DNA of 64,000 nt from an uncultured Actinomycetes bacterium. Lineage in GTDB: Bacteria > Actinomycetota > Actinomycetes > Streptosporangiales > Streptosporangiaceae. Shown here in pieces: positions 42,106 through 51,946 of the stretch (positions are counted from its first letter, which is position 1; the number at the start of each line of letters is the position of its first letter). The translations under genes were made by a program, and so were the position numbers. The notes under the pieces are model-generated. The model made no database searches and was not told the DNA's origin. It saw only the letters and a list, made by a program, of their open reading frames with translations. The stretch is taken from positions 3,771-67,770 of the forward strand of contig CAVSTQ010000029.1 of NCBI GenBank assembly GCA_963730825.1, read 5' to 3'.

Positions 42106-42492
42106 CTAGCTTCCTGACGGAATGGGCGGAGCCCACGCTGGCCGCCGGATGAGGCAGAACGGGTGTCCCGCCGGATCCGCGTAGACGTCTTGCCCGTCGA
42201 GCCTGGTCGCACCGAGGGCCAGCACGCGCGGACCAGCGGCGGCCGGGTCCTCCACCATGACGTCGACGTGTACCTGCTGTGGCCGGGCTGGATCCGGCCA
42301 GGCCGGCGGCTGGTGATCGGGTGCGAGCTGGAACGCCAGGCCCGATGACCGGCTGTCGGCCGATACCACCACGAAGTCGTCGCTCCGGTAGGTGACCGGC
42401 CAGCCGAGCAGCGCAGAGTAGAAGGTGGCCAGCTCCATCGGGTCCGGGCCGTCCAGGATCACGTGGTGCAGTCGTCCGATCATGGCAGCCAT
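42106..42492 (-). CDS. VOC/glyoxalase-family protein
   Basis: IGRLHHVILDGPDPMELATFYSALLGW and YADPAGHPFCL motifs, 128 aa. Confidence 0.75.
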   Translation of the reverse strand: MAAMIGRLHHVILDGPDPMELATFYSALLGWPVTYRSDDFVVVSADSRSSGLAFQLAPDHQPPAWPDPARPQQVHVDVMVEDPAAAGPRVLALGATRLDGQDVYADPAGHPFCLIRRPAWAPPIPSGS

Positions 42493-42680
42493 GGTGGCAG
42501 GCCCCGCCCCAGCCGGTCGAGCCCGGTTGCCGCGGCGGCCTGGCCCAGATAGCCTCATGGCGTGTCACATTCCCAGGATTAGCGGCCGATCCCAGCGCTG
42601 CCGACAGGCGCGTTCACGGATCCGGCCAGCTCACCGACCCCTGCCGCGCCAGGCGCCGGTCTTCATCCTGTGGAGTCTCC

Positions 42681-43922
42681 ATGCCCCGCCCGCAACAAGC
42701 CCTGACGTACCGTGCTGTGCTCGGCCTTCCCGGCGCAGCACGCCCGTTCACCGCCGCCAGCCTGGGCCGGCTGGCCTACGGAACCGTCGGTCTATCCCTT
42801 CTGCTCGTCGTGCATCAGGCCACCCGCTCCTTCGCCGAAGCCGGCGTCGCCAGCAGTTTCTACGCCATGGGCACGCTCACCGGCCCGGCCAAATCGCGGA
42901 TCACCGACCACTACGGCCAGCGACGGATCCTGCCGGTTCTCGGCGCCGGATCGGCCGCCGCCCTGATCGCGATGGCCGTCCTGGACTGGGCCGGCGACCG
43001 GAGCCCGGCCGGATACATCGTCCTCGCCGGACTGGCCGGCGCGACTGCCCCGGTGCTTGGCGCGGCGATGCGAGCCTTGTGGGCGATCATCGTCAGCGGC
43101 CCGGACAGCCTGCGGCGGGCCTATGGCCTGGATACCGCCACAGAAGAGGTGCTTTTCACCCTTGGTCCGCTCCTGGCCGGCGCCCTGGTCGCCCTGCACG
43201 GGCCCATCCTCGCGCTGGCGGTCACGGCGGTTCTGCTCCTGACCGGAAGCCTGGCGCTGGCCATATCGCCATCGGTCTCCCCGCGCGCTGTTCCCGATCG
43301 TCGTCATCGGCTGGCTGGTCCGCTCAGCCGCCCTGGCTTTCCCGCGCTGCTCGGGGTAGTGCTGACTACCTCGCTCGGGCTCGGGGCCATCGACATCACC
43401 ATCACCGCCCGCGCCGTCCAGGACGGCAATGCCGCAGCCGCCGGGTACGTGCTGGCTGCCCTGGGGCTGGGCAGTGCGCTTGGCGGCCTGCTGTGGGGAA
43501 ACCTGCGGCTGCGGACCCGCACCTCCACCCAGATGACCGGGCTGCTGCTCGTGCTTGCCATCGGGATAGCTGGTTCTGTCATCGTGCCCGACCTGCTGGT
43601 ACTCGGTGTCGTTATGGCCATGGTCGGGACCGCGATCGCCCCGGTGCTCGTGCTCAGCTACCTCAGCGCCGATCGGCTCAACCATCAGGGCGGCGGGACC
43701 GAGGCGACGACCTGGATAAGCACCGCGGCCAACGCGGGCACGGCGCTGGGCTACGGTCTGACCGGCCTGGCTGTTGACCGCGCCGGCCTGGCCCCGCCCA
43801 TGCTGGCGGGTGCCGCGGTCCTGCTGGCCACGATCGTCCTCGTCCTGGCCTTCCGCAAGGCCTATGACCAGGACGACGTTCCGTCCGCGCCGGGACCTGA
43901 TACCGCCTCGCCCGGGAAATAG
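42681..43922 (+). CDS. MFS transporter
   Basis: 413 aa, about 12 hydrophobic segments, Gly/Ala/Leu-rich MFS pattern. Confidence 0.85.
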   Translation: MPRPQQALTYRAVLGLPGAARPFTAASLGRLAYGTVGLSLLLVVHQATRSFAEAGVASSFYAMGTLTGPAKSRITDHYGQRRILPVLGAGSAAALIAMAVLDWAGDRSPAGYIVLAGLAGATAPVLGAAMRALWAIIVSGPDSLRRAYGLDTATEEVLFTLGPLLAGALVALHGPILALAVTAVLLLTGSLALAISPSVSPRAVPDRRHRLAGPLSRPGFPALLGVVLTTSLGLGAIDITITARAVQDGNAAAAGYVLAALGLGSALGGLLWGNLRLRTRTSTQMTGLLLVLAIGIAGSVIVPDLLVLGVVMAMVGTAIAPVLVLSYLSADRLNHQGGGTEATTWISTAANAGTALGYGLTGLAVDRAGLAPPMLAGAAVLLATIVLVLAFRKAYDQDDVPSAPGPDTASPGK

Positions 43923-43976
43923 TGCGGGCCTGGGGCGACGTCCATTTCCGGCGGGTCGTCACTCCCGGCTCTTGGC

Positions 43977-45934
43977 TCAGATCGGGTGGCGGGTGGGTTC
44001 GGTGGTGTACTGGCGGCCTGATGGTGCGGTCCAGCGGAAAATGCCGGGGGTGATCTGCTCGGCGTTCCACCGGGGGTGCTGTTTGAGCCGGTGGTCATGC
44101 CTGCACTTAGGGCCGCCGTTACACAGGCAGGTCCGGCCGCCTGCGTCGTACGGAACATTATGCTCGAAATCGCAGCCGCCCGCGGGTCGGCGGCAGGCCG
44201 GTGCGGTGCAAGTCGCGTGCCGGATGCGGGTCAGGTGCCGGAGCTTGACGCCGGGGTCGTGGCCGCGGGCTTCGAACCGGTGGTCGCAGTCGTCCAGGGC
44301 GATCGGGTCCAGCGCGATCAGCAGCGGCCGCTGCCCGGGGACGCCGGTGGCCAGCCGCCAGGTGCCGTAGCCGCCGGGCGGCCCGGGGCCGCCCGGCGGC
44401 GGCGAAGGTGAAGCCCGGCGGAGGGGCCGGCGGGCGGGTCGTGACCGGCGGGGCGGGTGCGGTTTTTGGGTTCGGGGCGGGCGCAGCCGTGGCCGGTGGC
44501 ATGGCCGTGGGTGTCGGTGACGGTGACGCACCAGGTGGTCTGGGGGTTGACTGCGGCGGCGGCGGCCAGATCGCGGGCCAGCGGGGGGTCGACGGGACCG
44601 AACCCGGCCAGCTCGCCGGGCCGCTCGGCCAGGTGCAGCAGGGTGGACAGCGGGATAGTCAGGTTGATCCGGCCGGCGAACCCGGCCGGGAGCACGCCCG
44701 CCGTCGGCGGCACGCCCGGGTTGCCCGCGCCCGTGCCCGCACCGGGGTGGCCGATGCGGGAGTCCCGGCCCAAGATGAGGTCGATAAAAGCACGCCCGCG
44801 GAGCTGGTCCATGTCGCCGTCCAGGCCGGCCTGCTTGAGTGTCTTCGCCCACCAGGAAATTCTCTGGTTCGCGGCCAGCACGTCGGCCGGCGGCAGTTCC
44901 CGGCCGGCCAGGCCCGCATTGCCGGACTCCTCGGGCCACCGTTCCACCCGGGCGGCCCGCTCCGCGTCCTGGCGGCGCTTGGCCGCCTTCTCCGGGGCGA
45001 CCTCGATGACCGCCCGCCGGATCGCGGCCCGCAGCCCGCCCGGGGTCAGCCGCCCGGCCCGGTCCAGCACCTTGGCCTCCGCCGCCCGCGCTTCGGCCGG
45101 GTCCAGCCCGGCCACCGCGCGGGCGATGATCTCGACCTTGGACTGGCGCAGCACCCCGGACCGGAACGCCGCATACGTGCCAGGCAGCTTCGTGGTGAGA
45201 GTGCAGGCCAGGTCGAGCATGCCCTCGGCGGCCCACCGGGTCTCAGCCAGCGCCCAGGACAGCTCGGTGCCGGTGAACTCCTCCCACCGGTCGGCCAGGG
45301 CCGGCTCGGCGGCCGGATCGGGACGGCGGCGGATCAGCTCGGCGACCGCGGCGTGCTTGAGCGCAGCCGCGGCGGCCTCAGCCCGGTCCAGCGCGCAGAT
45401 GATCCCGGTCAGCTCATCATCGGTACTCCCGCCAAACCGGTCCTCGTCCCCGGCCGCGTACTCCGCCAGCCCCAGCAGCGTCCCGCCGCCCGGGGCGGCA
45501 TCCAGCGGGGCGCCGGCGGCGAACGCCCCGGCCGGGCCGCAGGACCCCACCGGGACACGCCGCGCCGAGCCAGGCTGACCCGGACCCCGCCGGTACCCCC
45601 GCACCGCGCGGACGCCGCCCTTCCCGGCCCGGCCGGACCGCGACCGGCCGCCAGGCGCCACCACGCCGCCAGGCGGCGCGGGGTCACCGAAGGCCACATC
45701 TTCCGGGTCGTCACCGGGACCGAACCACTCCTCGTCCTCCTCCGAGGACACCCGCGCGACCCACTCCTCCTCGGTCAGCCAGTCCGCCCGCGAAGGCGGC
45801 AACTCCCGCCAGCCCGTGGGCACCTCACCCGGCCCGCCAGCACTCCGGGCGGGATCTTCGTCCCGCCCGGGGTCTGGAGAAACCGGTCCTGTAGCCACGA
45901 ACCACCGCCCGTTCAGAGAAGTGACATCAAACAT
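43977..45934 (-). mobile_element. DUF222 + HNH endonuclease protein (REP13E12-like family), at least two frame breaks
   Basis: MFDV... start in a low-GC patch. DUF222 body (ICALDRAEAAAAALKHAAVAEL). C-terminal HNH region (CDHRFEARGHDPG...CDFEHNVPYDAGGRTCLCNGGPKCRHDHRLKQ). Switches near 44380-44430. Confidence 0.8.
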
Positions 45935-46111
45935 ACTAGCGAAAAACATGCCAAGTCTCAAGCGAGAAAGCTAATAAGTAGCATTATTTCGAATAAATGC
46001 ACTAGTGGCTACGGATGCGAGTCAGGCGGCGGCCGGCTTGGGAACCGCCCGCCCCGATGGCATCGAAACCGGAGCGAACCAAGCAGGCAGGTTGGCCGAA
46101 GCATCGCTCCT

Positions 46112-47344
46112 TCACCGCTCCACCGAGATCTTCGTCGTGTTCACGGTCAGGTGAGCTCCTTGCCGCGTCAGCAGCTGCACGTCGCCGCGGCCGGGCAGGC
46201 CAGCGGCAGCCGGGTAGCCCGCCGGATTCCCGGTCACCGTGCCGTCGAACCGGACCCGGTCTCCCGGCTGGATACGCAGCGGCCGTAGCGGTCCCACGAG
46301 CTGCACCCACATCCGGCCTTGGGCGGTCCCGATCCAGAAGCCGTTCCTGGTGACCGTGGTCTGCACGTTGACCCCGGCGGCCTCGGCGGTCTCGCCGATC
46401 ACCGCGCGCAGCGACTGCGCGGCCCCGGTGTCGGTGACCGGATGCCCGCCGATTGACAGGTGGCTGATCACCGCGGGCGCCGGCCGGGCGGGCGGACTCG
46501 GCGCCGGGACGGCCCGGGGGGCGGCCGGATGGGCAGGCAGCAGGGCCACGACGCCGGCGATCACCGCGGAGCCTGCCGCGACCGAACCGGCGGTCTGCAG
46601 CGGATGCAGCCTGGCCTTGCCCGCGACCCAGGCGACCAGCGCCCCGGGGACGGCGATGGCGGTCAGCGCGACGCTGCGCCGGTCCAGCGGTTCGCTGAGC
46701 GTCGCGCAGGTTTCGCAGTCGAGCAGGTGCTGCCCGGCGTCGGCTTCGCGCTGCCGTCGCGTGTCACCCGCCGAGATCGCCAGCAGTACCCGGCGGCAAG
46801 CCGGGGTGGGCAGCTCGATGTGCCGGAACGCCAGCAGATATTCGAGCCTGAGTTTGGCCCGCGTCCGGGCCATCCGCACCCGCAGCGCACCTGGCGTGCT
46901 TCCGTCCGCCACCGAACCTTCGCCGTAGTACGCCATCAGGTCGCTGCGTTCCGGCCCGGACAGCTGAGCCAGCGCCGCCGTCATCGCCCGGCGTGCCTCT
47001 CCCGCCAGCAGCAGATCCTCGGGGCGGTCCGGCTCGGTGGTGTCGAGCATGCGTGGCGCCGTGGCGGCCCGCCGCATCGCGCTCTTGGCGTGCGAGCTGA
47101 CCAGGTTACGCGCGGTCACGACGGCGTACGGCAGGATCGCGTCCGGGGTGAGGCGGGCGCGGGCCGCCAGCAGGCGCTCCAGGCAGTCCTGGACCAGGTC
47201 ATCGACGTCCGCGGGATTGGCGGCCCGGGCGGCGACCACCCGGCGGATGACCGGCTCCACCGCGATGACCTCATGCGCCGAGGATGCGGCCGTCTGATTT
47301 ATCACTAATCTGCCGTTTCTTCGCGCGACTCCTGGCTCACCCAC
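46112..47344 (-). CDS. ECF sigma factor fused to a ZAS-type anti-sigma motif, TM helices and an extracytoplasmic domain
   Basis: Region 2 (DVDDLVQDCLERLL), region 4 (LRVRMARTRAKLR), then C...HLLDCETC (HxxxCxxC), two hydrophobic helices and a C-terminal domain of about 140 aa. Intact 410-aa ORF. Confidence 0.75.
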   Translation of the reverse strand: MGEPGVARRNGRLVINQTAASSAHEVIAVEPVIRRVVAARAANPADVDDLVQDCLERLLAARARLTPDAILPYAVVTARNLVSSHAKSAMRRAATAPRMLDTTEPDRPEDLLLAGEARRAMTAALAQLSGPERSDLMAYYGEGSVADGSTPGALRVRMARTRAKLRLEYLLAFRHIELPTPACRRVLLAISAGDTRRQREADAGQHLLDCETCATLSEPLDRRSVALTAIAVPGALVAWVAGKARLHPLQTAGSVAAGSAVIAGVVALLPAHPAAPRAVPAPSPPARPAPAVISHLSIGGHPVTDTGAAQSLRAVIGETAEAAGVNVQTTVTRNGFWIGTAQGRMWVQLVGPLRPLRIQPGDRVRFDGTVTGNPAGYPAAAGLPGRGDVQLLTRQGAHLTVNTTKISVER

Positions 47345-47477
47345 CTACCCGGCCGTGGCCAGGTTAGGCATTCCGGTGTCAATGCCGAGAAATCTTGACC
47401 CGGCCGCGTAACGCCGGGCGGTCTCGGAGCTTTCAGGTACGGCAGAGAACATCTGGACGTCCGCAAGGGAGATATTC

Positions 47478-48246
47478 ATGACGACCCCGCATCAGTGGGA
47501 AAGCCTGCTCGGCCTGACCGTGGTGGACACCGACGGCGACAAGGTCGGAAAGGTAGGCCAGGTCTACTTCGGTGAGGCCGCCGGCGAGCCGGAATGGGTC
47601 ACGGTCAGCACCGGCATGTTCGGCACCAGGCAGAGCTTCGCTCCGTTGTACCAGTCGTCGGTCCGCGACGGCCAGCTCGTGCTCGGGGTCCCCGGGCAAC
47701 TGGTCAAGGACGCGCCCAACGTCGAGGACGACGGCCGTCTGGACGACACCGAGGTGGCCGCTCTTTACCAGCACTACGCCACCTACCTGAGCCCCGCCGG
47801 CCGGCACCGACGGCAGCCCCGCCGGCGGCACTGACGGCAGCCCCGCCGCCGGCCCCGACGATCACGACGACGCGATGACGCGCTCGGAGGAGCGGCTGCA
47901 TGTCGGCACGGAAAGCCAGGAGGCCGGCCGGGCGCGGTTGCGTAAGTACGTCGTGACCGAGAATGTCACCACCACCGTCCCGGTCAGCCACGAAGAGGTC
48001 CGCCTGGAGCGTGAGCCGATCACCGACGCCAACCGGGACGCCGCCATGTCCGGTGCGGACATCTCCGCAGCAGAACACGAGGTCACCTTGCGGGCCGAAA
48101 CTCCGGTGGTGACCAAGGAGACCGTCCCGGTCGAGCGAGTCCGTCTCGCCACCGAGACCGTCACCGAGGACCAGCAGATCCAGGCCGACGTGCGCAAAGA
48201 GCAGATCGACGAGCCCGACGTCGACACCGGCCGGCCGACGAGCTGA
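47478..48246 (+). CDS. PRC-barrel + DUF2382 (YsnF-like) stress protein, frame-broken in the linker
   Basis: LLGLTVVDTDGDKVGKVGQVYF (PRC) and MTRSEERLHVGTE...VTTTVPVSHEEVRLEREP (DUF2382). The linker contains a GTDGSPA x2 duplication, with the switch near 47790. Confidence 0.75.
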
Positions 48247-48257
48247 CGCCGTTCCCT

Positions 48258-48301
48258 GGGCCCGGTGCGGCCGTGCTGGCCGCACGGCCGACACCGGGCC
48301 C
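48258..48301 (+). terminator. nested GC-rich hairpin after the PRC-DUF2382 gene
   Basis: Inner stem GTGCGGCC-gtgct-GGCCGCAC. Outer arms GGGCCCGGTG / CACCGGGCCC. Confidence 0.45.
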
Positions 48302-48349
48302 TGACCCATCCGGCCCGCACCGGGCCCCGTCATGAAGGAGAAGAACCGA

Positions 48350-49234
48350 ATGCCTGAGGCATCTGTCAATTTCGGCACGGGCGTGTCGAACGCCTGGTCC
48401 AATGTGGCGACCTTCGTTCCGAAGCTTGTCGTCTTCCTGCTGATCGTGATCGTCGGCTACCTGATCGCCAAGGCCATCGCCAAGATCTTGACCAAGGTCC
48501 TGCAGCGGGTCGGCTTCGACCGGCTGGTCGAGCGGGGCGGTATCAAGCGCGCCCTGGATCGCTCGTCCTATGACGCAGCTGGCATCCTGGCCAAGGTCGT
48601 GTACTACGCGATCATGCTGTTCGTGCTGTCCACCGCGTTCGGGGTGTTCGGCACCAACCCGGTCAGCGACTACCTGCGCGCGGTGATCGCCTACCTGCCG
48701 CTGGTCTTCGTGGCCATAGTCATCGTCGTGATCGCCGCCGCCATCGCCGCGGGCGCCAAGAGCCTGATCGAGAACAGCCTGGGCGGCCTGTCCTACGCCC
48801 GGATACTGGCCAACCTCGCCTCCGGGTTCATCCTCGCCATCGGCGTCATCGCCGCCTTGGACCAGCTGCACATCGCCGCCAACGTCGTCAACGCCATCCT
48901 GTACGCCGCCCTGGCCGCGTTGGTCGGCATCGCCATCGTCGCGGTCGGCGGCGGCGGCATCAGGACCATGTCCCAGCGCTGGGAAGCCGTAGCCACCAAG
49001 TACGACGAGGAGAAGCCGAAGATCGCCGCGGCCGCCCGCGCCAACCCGAGCCCGTCCGATCAGGCCCGCCAGTACACCGACCAGGCCCGCCAGTACACCG
49101 GCCAGGGCAGTCAGCCTACCGGTCAGGGCCTGCAGTACACCGACCAGGGCCTGCAGTACAACGAGGGGGGCAGCCCGTCGCCGAGCGCCACCACCCGGCC
49201 CTACCACCAGCCGTCGGATGACGGCCGTTACTGA
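48350..49234 (+). CDS. membrane protein with conserved-TM-helix repeats and a Gln-rich repeat tail
   Basis: RBS GGAG 10 nt upstream of the ATG at 48350. Several hydrophobic helices. C-terminal DQARQYT x2 (21-bp tandem) and GQGLQYT repeats. Confidence 0.55.
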   Translation: MPEASVNFGTGVSNAWSNVATFVPKLVVFLLIVIVGYLIAKAIAKILTKVLQRVGFDRLVERGGIKRALDRSSYDAAGILAKVVYYAIMLFVLSTAFGVFGTNPVSDYLRAVIAYLPLVFVAIVIVVIAAAIAAGAKSLIENSLGGLSYARILANLASGFILAIGVIAALDQLHIAANVVNAILYAALAALVGIAIVAVGGGGIRTMSQRWEAVATKYDEEKPKIAAAARANPSPSDQARQYTDQARQYTGQGSQPTGQGLQYTDQGLQYNEGGSPSPSATTRPYHQPSDDGRY

Positions 49235-49483
49235 CAAACCAGAGGCCGAACGAACCGGGCTGCGTGCACCACGGTAACCCGTCGGCCCGGCCGTGCTGGC
49301 TGCTGGAACGAGAGTCATCCCTGGCCTCCCTGCTCGGCTACGCGGCTGGGGAGGCCGGGGTGGGCAAACCCGCAAATCTAGGGAACGCTCCGGCCAAGAT
49401 GGGGTGCCGCACCCGATCCGGCGCCGGCCAGGCCCGCCATACCGTCACCTTGACCACCCGCGTGACCAAGGAGACAAGCCACC

Positions 49484-50692
49484 ATGCCCCACCACCGCAT
49501 CCGCGCCGTCGTCATCACCAGCCTGGTCGCGGCCACCCTGACGGCCGGCCCGGCCGTAGCGCACGCCAAGACCCTGCCGACCCAGTCTCAGGGTGTGGCC
49601 TGGGGCGCCAACACCTCCGGCCAGCTCGGCGACGGGAGCCCGTACAGCAGCTGGGTCTACACCGACATCAGCGGGCTGACCGGAGTCAGCCAGCTCTCGG
49701 CCGGGCAGAATTACGGCCTGGCCGCCATGACCAGCGGCCAGGTCTACGCCTGGGGCGACGACAGCTCCGGGCAGCTGGGCACCGCTACCTCCAGCACGAC
49801 CCCGCAGCTCGTCCCGGGCCTGACGAACATCACCCAGGTCGCGGCCGGCTGGTCGCACAGCCTGGCGCTGCGCTCCGACGGCACCGTCTGGGCCTGGGGC
49901 GACAACAGCTACGGCCAGCTCGGCGTGGGCTACACCAGCGGCAGGCAGGCTCCGGTCCAGGTCCCTGGCCTGACCGGGGTCACCAAGATCGCGGTCGGTA
50001 ACACCTGGAGCCTGGCGCTGCGCTCGGACGGCACCGTGTGGGGGTGGGGCGGCAACCAGTACGGCCAGCTCGGCTCGGCCGTCGGCAGCTACACCGCCTC
50101 GCCGGCCCAGGTCCCCGGGCTGTCCCAGGTGACCTCGATCGCGGCCGGCGCGTTCTTCGCGCTCGCCCTCGAGACGCACGGTTACGTCGCGTTCAAGAAC
50201 TACGTCTACGCCTGGGGACAGAACGTGCTCGGCACCCTCGGCAACGGCACCGCCTGCCCGTTCTGCGGCATCCCCACCCCGGAACCGGTGAACGGCATCA
50301 ACGTGCCCGAGGTGGCCAGCATCGCGGCCGGCCCGGAGCTGGCGGTGGCGGTAGGCACCGACGGGACCGTGTGGGACTGGGGTTCCAACGACTTCGGCGA
50401 TCTCGGCATCGACAACACCACCCTCGCGATCGAGGCCACCCCGGTCAACGTGGCCGGCCTGACCAGCGTCACCCAGGTGGCGGTCGGCGCGTACCACGTG
50501 GTCGCGCTGCTGGCCAACGGCACGGTGCGGGCCTGGGGCGACGACCAGAACGGCCAGCTCGGCGATGACGACGCCAAGATCGACAGCCCGGTCCCCGTCA
50601 CGGTCGCCGGCCTGACCGCCGCCACCCAGGTGGCGGCCGGCGGCAGCACCAGCCTGGCCGTGCACACCGTTTTGGTCATCAGGCGGTTCTGA
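49484..50692 (+). CDS. secreted RCC1-repeat beta-propeller protein
   Basis: Signal peptide, then seven units of the type VWAWGDNSYGQLG / SLALRSDGTVW. Confidence 0.85.
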   Translation: MPHHRIRAVVITSLVAATLTAGPAVAHAKTLPTQSQGVAWGANTSGQLGDGSPYSSWVYTDISGLTGVSQLSAGQNYGLAAMTSGQVYAWGDDSSGQLGTATSSTTPQLVPGLTNITQVAAGWSHSLALRSDGTVWAWGDNSYGQLGVGYTSGRQAPVQVPGLTGVTKIAVGNTWSLALRSDGTVWGWGGNQYGQLGSAVGSYTASPAQVPGLSQVTSIAAGAFFALALETHGYVAFKNYVYAWGQNVLGTLGNGTACPFCGIPTPEPVNGINVPEVASIAAGPELAVAVGTDGTVWDWGSNDFGDLGIDNTTLAIEATPVNVAGLTSVTQVAVGAYHVVALLANGTVRAWGDDQNGQLGDDDAKIDSPVPVTVAGLTAATQVAAGGSTSLAVHTVLVIRRF

Positions 50693-50707
50693 CCGATACT
50701 GAACGTC

Positions 50708-51039
50708 ATGTCGGAGGAAAACGAAGCCCTGGTCCGTGCCGCCTACCGGGCGTACGGCCAGGGCGACATGACGGGGATGATCGCGCTGATCCATCCGGAC
50801 CTGGAGTGGACTTACCTCGACCCGGCGTTCGCCGACCCCGAGCCGCAGACCTGCCACGGCCACCCCAGCTGCTGCACGCCCTGCGGCGCCAGGCTAGCAG
50901 CGGCCTGACCTCGCAGGTGGAGGAGATCGCCTCGGCCGGTGACCAGGTCCTGACCCTCCGCGACGGGCAGGTGGTGGCCCTGCGCGCCTGCCGCGACCGG
51001 GCCGAGGCCGCCGCCCGAGCCGGCCTCGGCCCGTCGTAG
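50708..51039 (+). CDS. SnoaL/NTF2-like protein, frame-broken
   Basis: MSEENEALVRAAYRAYGQGDMTGMIALIHPDLEWTYLDP, then LTLRDGQVVALRACRDRAEA in another frame, with the switch near 50860. May also be shortened. Confidence 0.55.
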
Positions 51040-51080
51040 CGCACCCCGCCATTCACCCACGTAAACCTGCGGAGGCGCTG

Positions 51081-51935
51081 ATGGAATGGCTCGTTACCAC
51101 CCCGGATTGCCGGACGCTGGCCGTGGAGGACGCCGGGGACCCGGACGGCCGCCCGGTGCTGGTGCACGTGGGCACCCCGAACTCCCGGCACCTGTACGGC
51201 CGCACGGTGGCCGACGCGGCCGCCCGCGGCCTGCGGCTGATCAGCTACGACCGCCCCGGCTATGGTGAGTCGACCCCGCAGCCCGGGCGGACGATGGCCG
51301 ATGCCGCGGCCGACGCCCGGGCGATCTGCGCGGCGCTCGGCCTGGGCCGGCTGGCTATGTGGGGCCTGTCTGGCGGCGGGCCGCCGCTGCTGGCCTGCGC
51401 CGCCCTGCTGCCCGACCTGGTCGCCGCGGCCGCCAGCCTGGCCAGCCCGGCCCCGTACGACGCGGCCGGGCTTGACTGGTTCGCGGGGATGGGCCCCGGG
51501 GCCGCCAAGGACGTCGCCCTGATGTTCGCGGACAAGGCCGCGTCCCGAGCCGAGTTCGAGCGGGAGCGCGAGCAGATGCTGGCCACCTCGCCCGCCGAGC
51601 TGGCGCAGGGGATGAGAACGACGCCCGGCGAAGACCCGGGGTTTCTCCTGGACGAGGCGATCTGCATGCAGCAGGCCTACACGGCCGGCATCGAGGGGTG
51701 CTGGGACGACTGCTACGCCCAGGTCACCCCATGGGGCTTCGACCTGGCCCGGATCTCCGTTCCTGTGCTGCTGATGCACGGCCGCCGGGACGAAGCCGTG
51801 CCATTCAGCCACGGCCAGTGGCTGGCCGCGCACATCCCGGGCGTGCAGGCCAGGCTGTTCGACGACGAGGGGCACAGCACGTTGCGGGAGAACCGCATCG
51901 GCGAGGTGCACGCCTGGCTGGCGGACCGGCTCTAG
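51081..51935 (+). CDS. alpha/beta hydrolase
   Basis: YDRPGYGES and nucleophile elbow GLSGG. C-terminal DDEGHS. 284 aa, intact. Confidence 0.85.
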   Translation: MEWLVTTPDCRTLAVEDAGDPDGRPVLVHVGTPNSRHLYGRTVADAAARGLRLISYDRPGYGESTPQPGRTMADAAADARAICAALGLGRLAMWGLSGGGPPLLACAALLPDLVAAAASLASPAPYDAAGLDWFAGMGPGAAKDVALMFADKAASRAEFEREREQMLATSPAELAQGMRTTPGEDPGFLLDEAICMQQAYTAGIEGCWDDCYAQVTPWGFDLARISVPVLLMHGRRDEAVPFSHGQWLAAHIPGVQARLFDDEGHSTLRENRIGEVHAWLADRL

Positions 51936-51946
51936 CCGCGGCGTTT

